DNA of 64,000 nt from Chrysomallon squamiferum (GCA_012295275.1 CM022679.1:31124001-31188000); one strand, 5' to 3'; positions 40,272 to 56,296 are shown, counted from the stretch's first letter. Program-made: numbers and translations. Notes: generated by a model from the letters alone, not told the origin.

Positions 40272-40971
40272 AAAATACAGAAAGAGACAAGATGAAAGAT
40301 AGATAAATAGAAGTGGAGAGAAATATATAGAAAGAGTGAGAGAGAAATATATATAAATAAACATGTTTATTTCATTATCAAAATCAAAAGAAGATAAGTT
40401 ACCTCTTAATAATGAATAAAAAGAACGTATTGATAAATGCTCTTTCATAAATCTATAAAATATTATTTAATGACTGGAAAACTAAGAAATGAGATCTGTC
40501 ATCAGTTTAAAGAATACCATTTTTGACTATCTGTTTTATTAATTGTAACAGAAAATCGAATTGTCAGTTGATGAATGACATTTTCTGTGGTAATTTGCAA
40601 ACGAAGTAGATAAAGTGTTGTGAAAAAGAAGATCTATAACGTTATTTATTATGAAGTGATTCAGAAATGTGACGTTCCTAATTCATCATTTTTAACGATA
40701 TTAACGAACAAACAAACATTACCATGGCTTCGAGTGAAAGAATATCTAACAACATGCCTGTGTGTCTGTGTGTGTCTGTGTGTGTGTGTGTTAACAGTTT
40801 TTATTTTGACTGTTATCACACTTTAAAATAATATATAACACAGTGATAAAGGAAAATAAATATACATTCAAAAACACTATAATAATGTTGCTTTAAATGT
40901 TATAACACACGAAACTTAGGCAGAAAGACAGGTGGACAGATTGGCAGACAGACAGATAGACAGACAGACAA

Positions 40972-41123
<152 letters not shown>

Positions 41124-41738
41124 AGATATATAAATATATAAATAATTTTTAAGAAGTTTTAAAAAATTAAAGAAAATGAATAAAGAAAATAAAATCAGAA
41201 AATAAAATAAGCAAAGTCGCAAAAAGAAAGTTCCTAGCTGAATCTGCATATTCATTACTCTTTATACCAACATAACCAAAAAGAAAATGACATCTTTCGT
41301 GGCTGTCTTTAATAGAATAAATAAATGAAACAGTTTTTAAAATTTAAAGATGTGGTATAATATACCAACTGTATGACAAGTCATGTTTGAGATATATTTG
41401 TTTTTTTGTATTACCATACGTGACCGTTTTCCATTACTGGTACCTAAAGTAACCAAAAGTGTTTAAAATTAATTCCTCTAAATATAGTTTTACCTCACTA
41501 CTGAAAGTATACACTCTAAATTTAATCACTGTGCATAAAACAACAAAATCGTCATATTGTTACGAAAAAAAGCAATAAAACAGTCAGTTGCTCTTTAAAA
41601 ATCACTCTTGTTTTGTTTCATTATAATGAAGGTTTTAGTTTGTATGTTTTTAATTAAGTAAATATCTGACATTATGAGCGAACATATTTTTGCGATCAAA
41701 GAATCAGTGACTTTCTTGTTGCTATGTCATATATAACC

Positions 41739-41783
<45 letters not shown>

Positions 41784-42076
41784 TACTTTTATGACTTTTA
41801 ATTACTGTAGTGACATAAAAACGCTACAAAAAATACAAAACATAAAACCAGTCTTTTGCTGCGGAGTATTAAAACTGTTGAAGATTAAATGTGAATATTA
41901 ACATAGCTGCATTTTCTTGAGTTAACAACAAAGAGTTTATATCAGTTTAGAAAAGCAATATTCTGTCACGACGTTATATAAAAACATAAGTAAAAAAGAT
42001 ATATATATATATATATATAAAGAAGATTTGCTGAAAACGGGCCCACATCATTTCATAATTTTCGAAGAGAATGTAT

Positions 42077-42107
<31 letters not shown>

Positions 42108-42112
42108 TTATT

Positions 42113-42143
<31 letters not shown>

Positions 42144-42144
42144 C

Positions 42145-42184
<40 letters not shown>

Positions 42185-42838
42185 TTTTCTTTTTTTCTTT
42201 TTTTTAAGTAGTATCTGTTATTGTTTTCGCTACCGTTATGTGCTGTTGTTAATTTATTTTAATTATGCTGTGAAGTTCCATCTTGATGGTTCCATTTAAA
42301 TTCAATCCTTTTCAGTCGCTAATTAACTGTAAGAGTGCCCTACCTTTTGACATCTGATACAGACTGTGTTAACTCCTCCCAACTATCGATTAACAAAATA
42401 TCAGTATTTAACAATCACAGCCAACAAAATAGAGAACAGCAAACCACAGCACTAATCAGAGACGTATCTTAACTGAGATTTAGATTATTTAAATTCTATT
42501 AGGATATTTTCAAACAAGACTAACTATAAAGTAAATGTTTCTGCTGTTGTTATTACTGAAGCACAATATTATTCGAAGGATTGAAAAAAAAAAAAAAAAA
42601 AAAGCGATAAAGTTTACAAAATAATTGTAACGTTCATTGCTTTCTTATTTTTCCAGACATCTTGGTTTTCTAAATTTATTATGAAGCTTGTGATTGGACA
42701 GAAGTCTGAGGAAACAAATTTGATTCTGTTCAGTTTTGCTTACTTGTGAACTAAAATAGGAGCAAATCTGAGGTCAAAAGATTGATTTCGCTTTGTTTTC
42801 TTTGCAAACATCCAGAAGGTTATTCTTAAAACTAAGCA

Positions 42839-42873
<35 letters not shown>

Positions 42874-42940
42874 GGTTTTTATTCGTTTAGTTCAAATACA
42901 CTAATTTTGGAAAACACAAATGTTAATTCAGCTTCACCAA

Positions 42941-42986
<46 letters not shown>

Positions 42987-44221
42987 CTGTGAAAATCTCA
43001 ATATGTTTTATTCTTACTGTTTGAAACATCAGAAGGAAACAAGATAATTTTTTTTAAATTTTCTTCCGGTTTTCTTAACTAATATACATTTTATCTCAAC
43101 TCGTTTTCTTCGAGACGACCAAAAAAGAAAGAAACGAAAAGAAAAGAAAAAAACAGCCAAAAACAACCACAAGAAACAAAAGAGGACGACGACAAAAGAT
43201 GAGAGAAGTCGACTACCTAATACATGACATCTTGATTAGAAAAAAAATGTTCTGTTCTATTCTGTTCGTAGACAACGATACTTTTGAAAGCGTTCGACCA
43301 AAACGAGAGAAGTTATAATTCACCTTGCTAATGGAACAGTTTTCACCTGACAAATTAATAATCTTCTGACGTGTAAAAAAAACCTGAAAGAACTAATTAC
43401 AAGGTGTTTTCATTAACTGCAGACTCTTTTAATGAATATAAATATTTGAATCTAGAAAAAAAAAATCTACAAAGTATGTTGATTTATCTGATGTTATAAT
43501 ATGTTTATTATCACGTAAGTTTTTAACCATTTCAAACAGGGAACCGTAATTCATTTCAGTATATGTACGATACATTCAGTGTATGCTGATTTGATTGCAT
43601 TTCAGTTCGTGTAATACACTTTATTTTATCATGTATTTACTTACATTTCAGTTCGTATGCGATTGATTCTTTTAATGTGCATTTAGTTTGAGTTAACTTA
43701 TAGTACATTCTGCCCGAGTGTGTTTAGTTTCATTTTCATTGAAGAGCGATGCACGCACATTTGGTAATATTTTATAATTCATTTTTTATTTTACGTACAT
43801 TTTGTTGTGTTTTATATAGAATAGTTCAGTTAGACTGAGCTCGTAAGGATTCGGACGTCTTAACTAACTACTACTTCATGGCTTATTTTCGAAATTTCTG
43901 AACCTAAGCCTAATATATATTTCAGTCTGAAAATAGCAGGTGACACTAGGCTTTTAGAATTTCGTTTTCCATTCTGCGTTTGAAAACAGTTTCAACTTCC
44001 AGAATACAGATTAATAAATTATTGCAATAGAAACACACTGACAAATTCTACGTTTCGCTGTAGAAACCGCAAAGTTGACTACACTGGTTTCTAATAGTTG
44101 GACTGAGACCTAAATAACGGGAATACGATTCTCGAATTGCAACTGGAAGATTTGAAACAAACAGGAACTCTTCATTACAAACATAACTGAATTCCGATCA
44201 CGTAATAAAGTAAAACAAGCA

Positions 44222-45175
44222 ATGGATAACGACACAGAACTAGAATACTGTGACTACGCCCCTCTCAGTGAATACATCGGATTCTGTATTGCAATGCCAA
44301 TACTCATGCCCAGTCTTGGACTCTTCATTTGCCTGGAGAACCTCATGACAATGCTAGCGGTGTGGCGGACCCCTGCTTTACACACTTTGCCCAACATGTA
44401 CATCGTGTCCCTTGCAGTCGCTGACTTTTTAACTGGCTTGGGCTACAGCTATGATTCCCTGTGGTACAATTCGTACACAGTACCTTACATATACTACTGC
44501 AAGATTTGCTGTTTCTTCAGTTTGTTTATACTGTACACGAGTTTCCATGTTACGATGGTGTCGGCAGCGACCATTTCGTTAGATCGCTTTCTTTTTATCG
44601 TGTACCCATTTGTGTACAACAGGCTTGTGACCGTCACCTTTGTGAAGATCGTGTTGCTGGTTACTTGGGTCGTCTGCATCGCATTTGCCGGACTCGTGTT
44701 CTTTGTGAACCAGTTCGATGAAGTAGGTTATTGTTCTTACTTCGGCGTGTTGCCTGTTTGGTACCAGGTGTACGTTGAAACGTTTCTCTTCTTCACAGTG
44801 TTTTTCATTTCCTTCACGTGTTACAGTTTAATAATCCGACTGACACGACGTCAGCAACGTCTCATCCAACTTACCACTGTAACACCGTCGATCAACGTTC
44901 CGCACAAAAATTGGCGAGCAGTTCGACTGATGCTCGTCGTTTGCGGAGCTTTTTTCTGTAGCTGGTTTCCTTTTTACATCGCCGTTGTAATCAATCACTT
45001 TCGTCCTGTCTGGTTGTTTATTTTTGACATTCTGTCTCCTATTTTCGTTTTTAATTCATGCATGAATATTTTTATTTATGCTTTGATGAACAAGGATTTC
45101 CGAAGGGCATTTCGTTCGATTCTTTGTTGTTCTAAATTCAATTCGGTCCAGCCAGTATCCTCAAGTACTGCTTAG
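44222..45175 (+). CDS. Intronless class A GPCR, 317 aa (adenosine/amine-receptor-like orphan)
   Basis: Seven hydrophobic segments. TM2 SLAVAD, TM3 Cys and DRF, TM4 W, ECL2 Cys, TM6 CSWFPF, TM7 NSCMNIFIY, helix 8 DFRRAF and a C-terminal CC. Confidence 0.93.
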   Translation: MDNDTELEYCDYAPLSEYIGFCIAMPILMPSLGLFICLENLMTMLAVWRTPALHTLPNMYIVSLAVADFLTGLGYSYDSLWYNSYTVPYIYYCKICCFFSLFILYTSFHVTMVSAATISLDRFLFIVYPFVYNRLVTVTFVKIVLLVTWVVCIAFAGLVFFVNQFDEVGYCSYFGVLPVWYQVYVETFLFFTVFFISFTCYSLIIRLTRRQQRLIQLTTVTPSINVPHKNWRAVRLMLVVCGAFFCSWFPFYIAVVINHFRPVWLFIFDILSPIFVFNSCMNIFIYALMNKDFRRAFRSILCCSKFNSVQPVSSSTA

Positions 45176-45414
45176 TTTAATGTGTTTCTTTCAGTAGAGG
45201 TATCTGTTGAATATTCCGTCTAGTTTCTTAACTACTGTCACAAATTCATAACTGTACTGAGCCAGTTCTAGGTGAGAAAAACCCCACTGGTAGACATTTT
45301 AGGCGGGACAGACATTCGTACAACATAGGATTTGTTAAATGATTTAATAAAAATATTATTTTAATTTCTTCCACGTTAGGGATCAGAAAATCATAATAAT
45401 AATAATAATAATAA

Positions 45415-45445
<31 letters not shown>

Positions 45446-46419
45446 AAGAAGAAGAAGAAAAATAGTAATAATAATAATTTTAAAAAGTAACTGAATAATG
45501 AATATAATATAATATAATATAATAGAATATAATATAATAAATTTGTATGTAACATTCAAAATATAAGAGAATAACATTGTAGGAAACTAAATATCTTTTT
45601 ACGATTCTTAAATAAATAATCACCAACATAAAACTATTAGTGAGTTGTAAGGACTATATAAATATATTTTGGTTATTTGAAGTTATACTGGTGAATGTTT
45701 TTAAAAAGTGTATATTTTTCCATATTAAATGATTGATTTAAAGGTTTATTTGCGATTTTTAAAATTAACATTAATTTTGTTTATTGTTTCAAATAGTTTG
45801 TTTATTTAAAAGTCAATGACAGTCTTAAAGAGATTATAATAATCTTTATTAATAGTCAATTGAATTGAAGGAAAAGGTTTATTTGTAATTCTGTTATATT
45901 AATCGACAGTGACTGTCTTAAAAAGGTGTTTTGTTGTTATTGTTGATTTTAGTTCTTTTTTAAAGATTAAAGTTTAAATGAGTTTGTTTTATCTGTGATA
46001 TTGTTAAGTTATAATGAAACTACCTTTTGTAAATGTTAATCTGTGACCCAGTTAACAGTGTACAGTTAGGTGCTTATTTTGGACTACTTTTAATTGAGAT
46101 TTGAAGAAACGCAATTCAAATAGCAGATTTGTACGAATGACATTTTCTAATTAAAAGTATCTTTGTAAACAGGTTATCGTTTGTTCTTTATTAAAATAAA
46201 TGTTTAGATGTAATTTCAAGCACATTTTCAGTTACATCCTTATTTTTAAGCGCGCGCGAACACGCACACGCACACACACAAAAATGCAGCGATGATAAAT
46301 TACCAATGTACCTACCTAGTTAGCAAAATACTTACATTTATATATACACATTTGTTTTTGTGATCTTTTCATCAAAAATATTCCGCTTCATAAGATATTC
46401 ATATATTAACAACATTATG

Positions 46420-46505
<86 letters not shown>

Positions 46506-47496
46506 AAAATAACAAAATAAATTAAAATCGTGAATTAAAATAAAAAGGTACGACTGGTTGAATACTCAGAAATTTAGCTTATAATTTAACTGCTGCAATA
46601 ATTGATTATTTTCTTATAAACACACACACACAGACACACTCACATACATACACACACTCACACACATACATTTAAACAGTTTGCAGTTAGTATCATTTTA
46701 TATTATTTTACTATTTTTATATTTTGCAAAATAAATAAATAAATATATATAAATAAAAATAAAAGAAAATAAATAAAACCCACATATCATCATGAAGTTG
46801 GTGATTGTGATGACAATGAATATATATTTAAACTGTATTTGTTTTTTAATAATATTATAATAACTTGCAATCGATTATAAATAAAAAAATGTTTTTCGTT
46901 TGATATTTAATATGGTCATAATTTCAGAAAGAAAACAATATATCATTCTGGATAAATAGATATATAAAACTGTCAGTTTGTGATTTATGTTTTTCAAACT
47001 GTCATATTTATCTTTTCAGTGTGTTTCTGCTTTGTCGCTATCAGTGCAGTAGAGGTACTAAAAATAATATTATCTATTTTATCTCTCGTTTATTTTATTT
47101 TATTTATTTATTTATTTTTATTTTTTTATTTCGTTTTGTTGCTTTTCTGCTGTCCTATAATACTGTTTAAAAGTTTCATTTAAATATGTGTTCGTCCTTT
47201 ATTATTATTATATACTGTAATATTATTATTCATTATTACTATCTATTGTAATAGATACCTCAATAGTTTCAGTGAAATATGTTTAATTAATATCTTAGTA
47301 CTAACAGTAATACGTACGTACAAACCTACAATGACATTTTTCTATTTAAATTTAATCCTTCTCTTACATTTAGACATTTATAAATATCAACTTTTATTAT
47401 ACATGTATTTACAACCATCATTTATGGGGGTTTCCTTGTTTGTTTGTTTCTTTTATCTGTAGTTTTATCTGTCGTTTTATCTGTAGTTATCTGTAG

Positions 47497-48339
47497 GTGA
47501 AAGATAATGATTGTATTGGATTTGGACATGTTAAATACTCTCTTCAAGGAAGTATGTTTCATTAACAAAGGAAAATTTAACAACAAATATGTATATTAAA
47601 ATTTACCATATGAGTTATCAGTAAAAATTTTCAAAGGAAGAAATGTTTAGTTTTTTTAGTTATAGTCTGTGATTATAAGGAGCTTACACATAATGGTACA
47701 ATTCAGAGATTGGAATGCTGGTTGGAACTAGAAATAGCCCATTGGGATTCCTGAGACTGGAATGAATTCATAACCAGATATATTTCATACAAACACTACA
47801 TTGTTAATCTACAGTTTACTAATATAATCACTACTATTAACATTACTGCTGCTATTATTATTACTACTATATCTTATGTCTTTTATCCATCTCTCTTTTC
47901 CTTATCTATGTTTCTCTCTTATTCAGTATATGTGTTTGTATAGTACAAAACAGATATAATACTGATTTACTAATTTCATAATTATGTCATTTTAACAGTA
48001 ATTATTTCTGATGTTTACTACAAACTATAGAAATAGAAATCACTGTCACCTTGCTATCTAACCTAAATATTAATTGACTACTAACTGCAAAGCAGAATAA
48101 ATGAGAGGTCAAAAAAAAAAAAAAAAAAAAAATACCTGATATCAGCACCTTACACCTGTTTAGGAGACAGCAACCTAGATCTCAAAGATTTAATTTTCTT
48201 TTCTTTTTTTCTTGATTTTTCTTGTTTTGTTCTTTTTTCAGACTCACCAGAAACCATACCTCTGGTGAAGTGATGATAAAAGGGTCTGTGGATTATGAAA
48301 CCAAACAGACATATTATCTCACAATTGTAGCTGCTGATG
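47497..48339 (+). pseudogene. Two cadherin-repeat exon remnants
   Basis: 47497-47551 reads tag|VKDNDCIGFGHVKYSLQG|gtatgt (resembles AxDxDxGxNGxVxYSL). 48242-48339 reads cag|LTRNHTSGEVMIKGSVDYETKQTYYLTIVAADG (LDYE and AxDG motifs). The phases do not join and the second exon lacks a GT donor. Confidence 0.65.
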
Positions 48340-49158
48340 GCAAATTAATAATAAATTTTAAAAAAATAATACAATTATACGAATATTATTTATATCATGT
48401 AATAAAAAAAAAAAAGTTTAACAGAGCTGTTCAAATTAAGTCTTTCGTTTCTTATTTCATAATTCCATATATAATTATTATAATAAATTCAGATATAAGG
48501 AATTTTTTTCGTAACTACAATCCTCCACATTAAAGATTTTTTCTTTTAGTTTACGCCTGGTTTAATTCATTTTGTTACCAGTCTGCCATTTTTTTTTTTT
48601 TTAACAGAACAAGGGAAATTACTGATATCTATTAAAATAATTTACTTATTGATTGCTCTTTCGTGACTCTTTATGTCAAACAACTCTCTCCGTTTTTCTA
48701 ATTCTCGAATCCAGTCTGAAGATAAACTGCATTGCACTGAAACCAAAATAACCAGACCAGATGAATTTGCAATTTCAGTGCAGGCATAGCGAACAAATGA
48801 AAAAAGAAAAAATTAATAACAAAAATATAATATTATGTTGTGTTATATGGAAGAGTTGTTCTGGGTTATGTTGTTCTGTACTGTGAATTCATAGGTTTTA
48901 TAAATTATTTAACTCTAAAAAAACATCTGGTACACATAGAAAATGTCCTATTTTCTATAATCTAATCATGAATTGATTTAAATCCTCAGGCTGATATATA
49001 GATATAATGTATATATTTATATTTTTATGTACATTATTGTAATTCCACCATTTTGTTATGATTGTTAAAATTATGTTATATTTTATATGAATGTATTCTC
49101 AGATACAATAGCATCCGAATGTGAATTATGATCAGTAGTGCCACAGCAACACACACAC

Positions 49159-49311
<153 letters not shown>

Positions 49312-49331
49312 ACGACAAAGGGCAAACACAC

Positions 49332-49372
<41 letters not shown>

Positions 49373-50659
49373 CTTCATCATGATCATCATCATTATAATT
49401 TCTAGGTTATTTTTATAAACTACGAAAATATTAAAGGAAATAAAATGTTATTAAATGCAATCTGTCTATAAATAATCCGAACATAATAAAATTATTGCAG
49501 CAGTTAAAATATTAGTTCAGTTTCTAATCTGGGCTTTCAGCAAGTACTGGATATTTTACCTTTCTGTTTTAAATTTTAATACATGATTATAATTTAATCT
49601 GTCATTTCAAAACTGCTGTAAAAACATTACAGTTTCACAAACATAAAACGCAAACTTGTCAAACTGACAGTTTTATATGTCTGTGTATCCCAAACCTGAC
49701 GTATTCTCAATACTTTTTTTAAAAAAGAAATTACGACCATACTGAATAGCAATGGCGAACAAATTTATAATATTATGAAAAATAATACAGTTTAAATTAT
49801 TACTTATGTTATTATTATCATCATCATCATCATCCCAATATCAAATACCTTTATATTATCACCAAGACATTTTTCAGAACGTTTTGTAAGTAATGTGAAC
49901 AGCATGATGAATCATCATTCAGTAAATGGGAAAAAAAATGTCGACAGGGAAACTGATTAAAACGAAACATATTAATTTATATATTAATAATAAAGTAGCT
50001 TCATTTTTGCACTAGGTTTGGCAAGATATTTTAATAAAATATTATTTCATACACCATTTTGGTTCAGAACAAATAGAAGAGGATTTATTAAAAAAAAAAA
50101 AAAAAAAAAAAAAAGACAATTACTTTTAGTTAAATTTTGTTGTGCTTTACAGATCTGGGATTAAATATCAGCAAACGTTTATAAAAATGCACTATAGGGA
50201 CATCCCATGTCGAATCACACAGTGGATCTAACTCCACCCTAGCAGACTTTGGTGGCATGTGTTTTATAAATCTCAAGTATTAGCTCAGAGATATTGGCCG
50301 AAAAGAGCATTTCTGGCCCCCAACGTATGTTATAACTTAGAACAACTAAACTCCTCTGTCAAGGCTCTCGGAACCTTGTTGATATAAACAGGACTTTACT
50401 ATCTCTCATTAGAACAAACGATGTAGGTAATCAGCCATTTATTTACACGTGAAGTATGGTGGCCATGAATGAAGTGAAATCAACAAGGTTCAAAACAAAG
50501 TTAATTTCTAGGTTTGAAAACTGAGCGTTGCATCTTTAGCTCTGTAGGTGAGTAATAATTTATAACAAACAGAACATAAAATCAGTTAAACACGTTCTGC
50601 AGACAGAAAAAAAAAATATGATTAATATGACATAATTACATAAAGAGAGTTACATTCAT

Positions 50660-50731
50660 TATATATAGCTCGTGAATACGATATTGCACATATTCTTACA
50701 GCTAGATCATTGAATACTACAACGAGTTTTG
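50660..50731 (+). promoter_or_regulatory. P3 TATA-like box and non-coding first exon
   Basis: TATATATA at 50660, CGATATTGCACATATTCTTACAGCTAGATCATTGAATA, donor G|GTAAGT at 50732. Confidence 0.55.
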
Positions 50732-51143
50732 GTAAGTTATATTCACTGTATAATTATGTATTTTTTTTACATGTAAAATTACAACAGAAGAATTAGAGTT
50801 AAACGTAGAAAATGTTTCGAATACGACATACGGAAAAAGTTCAACATCTTAACGAAATACGTTAAAAACATGAAAGAGAGAGTAACATATTCATTTTTGT
50901 TTCTCTTAAATATTAAATAATGTTAGAATTTAAATATTTTTCCATTTAATCATCGCGCTAAACTTTAAATTTACACATTTTTCAAACAACATAGACAATA
51001 ATTTGCAATAATACTGAACATTAAATTGTGCATGGTATTCAGTAAAAATAATGGGATTTTAATTTCTTGGCGGGGGGAGTTCTTTTGCAAAAATTATCTT
51101 CTTCTACCTAATCCCTGCAGGTCTCCAATTGACGTTGTTCACC

Positions 51144-51686
51144 ATGTCGTCGTTGAAACTGCAAATTATCCTGCTCTTGATTATTTTGGGATCAGTGCAG
51201 GTCGAATTAATGGGTATGCGAGAATACCAGTAAGTCTCGTTTTACAATGAAAACGGAAAAAAATCCAAATGTTTATTATTTTATTTAAACTGAGTGAATT
51301 CCCTTTTTCTTTTCAACAAATGTCTGATGTGCAAAAGAAAATGAAAAAGAGATGTAATGAAAAAAATTTTTTTTTATTAAATCTCCATTTTATTCGAATA
51401 TTTACATTATACGGAATTATGAGATAAGAAATAACACATTTCATTGGAACAATTTTGTGTGTAAAACTGTTCTTATTATATTTCACTCATAATATAAATA
51501 TAATTTTAATTGCATTTATTTATTTATTTATTTATTTATTTATTGTTTTGTTGTTGTTCAATCTGCATGATTAATCACATGATGTTATATTCCTATATAT
51601 TATTAAATTAAATATTTGTATTTCATTTACATTTGATTTTGCTTTACGTTATTATGACAAAACATAGTGATATATTTTTTTTTTTT

Positions 51687-51721
<35 letters not shown>

Positions 51722-52934
51722 AAAATTATACGTAAGAATAAAACAGATACAATATAATTCTAGTTAGGAAAACTATTAAGATGGAAAACTAAACTATGTG
51801 AAATAAATCGTAAAACTGAATACTGTTTTCTGCCACTTGAAGTCTAATAAATGAATTATTTGAACTCGGAGTTACAAAGTTCTTTATGATTTTCTTGCTG
51901 TCGTTAGTTCATCATTTAACAATACAAATTCGTAGACCAAATTTGGTAATATCACTCACTGTGTTCATATTAATACTCACCATGTTACAGACCCAAACCA
52001 GTCATTAGAAATGTATTGATGACTTTAAAGCAACAAAAAATACTATACAACATTATCGATAATCGAGTACTGGAATCATGATATTATATTACGAATTTAT
52101 GTTAATAATAAACACAAAGTTTTACGTTAGAATGAATATTAATTGGGTTAATAAATAATAATAAAATGAAAAATCTGTTTTCTGGTAATCCGATACTAAT
52201 AACTGAATTATCTTTATTAAGAGACGTTAATTAATTCGTGTTCTCTGATTCTTCTCTCCTTCAATACTTGTCTATTCCACACACAGAACCAGGACACATT
52301 TTGCTTATCTACTACGACGTATTCATCACAGTTTTCTCTCTTTTCAGATTGATGTGGCCGTGAGTATCACTTTATTTATCTGCTGCAGTGCAAACAATCA
52401 ATAAAAAACGACGTGAAACGTTTTTATGTGTTACTAACAGCATCACCAGCAACAAGAACTATTTCTATTAGGATAAATACATACATACATACATACATAC
52501 AAACATACTTATACATGCATACATACATATACATACATACATATATACATATATATATATATACATACATATACATACATATATATACATATATATACAT
52601 ACATATACATACATACATATACATACATATATATATACATACATGCATACATGCATACATATACATATATACATACATACATATACATACATACATACAT
52701 ACATATACATACATACATATATATATGCTTACATATATAAAAATACATACATACATTCATACATATACATACATACATATACATACATATACATACATAT
52801 ACATACATACATATATACATATATACGCATATACAAACATAAATACATATATATACATATACATATACAATAATACATACAAAACATACATACATATATA
52901 CATACATTCATAAATAAATAAACAACAACAATAA

Positions 52935-53007
<73 letters not shown>

Positions 53008-53612
53008 AAAAACAATAACAGCACTAACACTAATCGGTGACTGCTAATGATGCTCATTAACTGACTGAAGTAAGAAAAACAACAGCATCAACAATATGCT
53101 GACGGTAATGAAGATGATGATAATGATGACAATAACAATAATAACAGTAATAACAACTGATGATTATGATTGTCATGTTAATGATGTTTTATGATAATTA
53201 TTATTATTAATGATGAATGTTAACTTTAAGGAAAGTGTCATTTCGTCATATTTATATTAAATCTTTATTTTTATTTTTATTTATTTTATTTTTTATGTGC
53301 ACCCCCCACCCCACCCCCCCTCAGTTTATCCATTATAAATATACTTTTCTTTTAAAAGTACGAAGCAAATATTTATGAATGAATTGCCTTTTACTGAGAG
53401 TTACAAATTAGTTCAGGTATTTTCTCTGTGCATATTTGTTCATTGCCACAATACAAGAACGTAGACTTGTACTGTTTATCGACCACGTTGTATTCATATC
53501 AGTTTCCAATCATTTCAGAAACACTTTATTTGCAGACCGGCGGTGAGTATCACTTTATTTATATCCTACAACGGAAAGAATGAAACGAAACGACGTAGAA
53601 TAATTATATATA

Positions 53613-53648
<36 letters not shown>

Positions 53649-53778
53649 TGTGTGTGTGTGTATGTATGTATGTATGTATGTGTGTGTGTATGTATGTATG
53701 TGTGTGTGTGTGTGTGTATATATAAAAATGTTCAACTGATCCTTGAATTTAACCAAAATCAGTAATCTTATATGGACT

Positions 53779-53839
<61 letters not shown>

Positions 53840-54245
53840 TATTTTAATCTTTCAACAGATCCGTTCTCCATGAAAGGTCTGGTTTCAGAAATAGTAAGTG
53901 AAGTTTATTAGTCTACGTTAATACTAAGAAACAAATGTAAATATCTGTCTGTATGTATTTTGTTTCGGTATATGCATGCATATAGATTTACCTCTGTGTT
54001 TATTATCTATGAATGGATGGATGGATGGATGGATGGATGGATGGATGGATTCAGAGGAACAGATTGCTAGAGTGACAGAGAAAGAAAAACAGATGAGCTA
54101 AAGAATGAGTGGATAATGAATAAATAAATATATTACTAAATTATTTGGTTATAAGCAAGAGAGAGCTGATATTTATTTACTTTACTTTACTTTACATTAT
54201 ATTTTTATTTTATTTGCTATAGAGCGACATAAGAAAGGATTATAA
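51144..54245 (+). CDS. P3: short secreted micro-exon gene, 59 aa
   Basis: Exons 51144-51229 (signal, CA|GTAAGT), 52348-52359(12), 53519-53542(24), 53859-53893 (35, shifts to phase 1), last exon 54223-54245 with TAA and AATAAA at 54270. Hand-spliced: [59 protein letters not shown]. Confidence 0.72.
52477..52910. repeat. Degenerate (TACA/TA)n microsatellite; similar tracts at 33447-33540 and 34445-34720
   Basis: Direct reading. Explains the spurious HTYI/MYVC ORFs. Confidence 0.95.
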
Positions 54246-54395
54246 TTCTACAAACTACTGAAGAGAGATAATAAAATATTGCAGAAAACACTGAAGTCAC
54301 TGTTATGAATCTGTTTTAGCTTTCATAATTTTCTTTACCTTCATGATTTACTGAAATGCTAGATAATGAAATCATGTATCATTTAGCCTACCATT

Positions 54396-54583
<188 letters not shown>

Positions 54584-54937
54584 GCTCTCTCTCTTCACAC
54601 TAGATTCTGATTTGGAATATAGGAGATATCAGACATAATAAAGAAACTATTATTTTTACTATTTCTCTTAGACTTTTCTGTGTTGTCATTACTCATGCTA
54701 ATATCATTAGGAGGGTTTGAGGGTTTTTTCGATCCATTGTTGTTTAGCCACATATGTAGCGGTTTTGATTCAAAATGACATTAGTTATCTCCTTTTTTTT
54801 AGCTTTAATATTCCATATTTTATTAGAAACAATGAATAAATAGCATGTAATAAGCAAACGTCAATGATATCTACTGTCATATTTACAAATAATTTTCAGA
54901 GCTATTCAATAATTACGAGTGAATTTTGATGTAGTAG

Positions 54938-54968
<31 letters not shown>

Positions 54969-55930
54969 ATGTAAATTGGAACACGTTTAGAAAACATCTA
55001 TGCAGAAATGTAGATGACATGAACGCATGTAAAATTTTAATTTCAGTATAAAGCTGAATAACATCAACAGTTTTATTTCACCATTTTCGAGAGTAGCAGA
55101 TTAAATCGTTTTCGTCTACAAAAGCTACGCATCAAAACAAAACAGTATTTAAATAACAATTTATTCGTTATTTTTTCTAATATGGTCTCAATATGGTCTT
55201 TTAAAATCTAAATTAGCAATTAAATATTAAAGAGGTAAGTCTGAATAATATATATCTAAATAAGAAATAAACATCAATATATTTATTTTGGAACAGTTTA
55301 CATAGAAAACTGAAAAGTTACTGATTTTTTATTTACTTATTTATTTATTTATTTATTTGTGTGTTTGTTTGTTTGTTTGTCTCTTGTTCAACTGACTAAC
55401 AACTTGCTAGCTGTGGATTTTAAAATATATGTGTTTTATACATCTCTCGTTTCAAATCTCTCTGTCTGTGTATAAACGTCAACACACAAACAGACACACA
55501 GACACACAAACACACACACACACGCACAGGTTATATCCAGCACAGGAGACTTAGAGCATGTGGGTTTATTATTAAATTTTTCTTTTTCTTTAAAATTTTG
55601 TATTGCATTAGTGAATCACCATTATAAAAAATAAAATAAAAAAACTCGTGCAGTCGATATCCTTGACATACTTAGCACTCGATTACTGAATACGAAAACT
55701 ACGTTTGGAGTCATACATCTTTTTTTCCATAAAATTATTATAACATTTTTTTTCTTTCTTTTTTAAGTATTAATCGTAAAAACGTTTGGGACAGTTAGTT
55801 ATCTGTTCAAAATGTGACAGAAAAAGATAATACTCAGAAACGTGATACAGAGTGTGACATTGATATATGTTAATCCAATTTATATATATATATATATATT
55901 ATTATTATTTTTTTTTACTCTATTTTATTT

Positions 55931-55970
<40 letters not shown>

Positions 55971-56296
55971 CAAAGTTCATCATGAAATAAGATATTACTA
56001 CTATCGTATATAAAAATTTTAGATATATCCCGATAAAACAGTCGAGATCAAAAAGGAGGTTTGATTCATTTCGCGTGAAGTATTTTTATCAACAGAAGTC
56101 ACGTAGGGAAAACATCTGTTGACTGCGATCCTGTAGTAGATATTTCGTATATCACATTGGTCATTATATTAGTCAGCATAAAACAAATACTGTATTAATC
56201 ACTAACATTAAATTTATTTTAATAGAATTTTACATGTTCCAGTTGACATGTCTGTCGGTTACATATCAAACAATTGATTCCTAATTATCGCATCAT

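Noticed and set aside
53536-53542. 7-nt version of P3 exon 3 using the TGCAG acceptor
   Set aside because: It breaks the frame. The upstream TTTCAG gives an open 24-nt exon. Minor use is not excluded.
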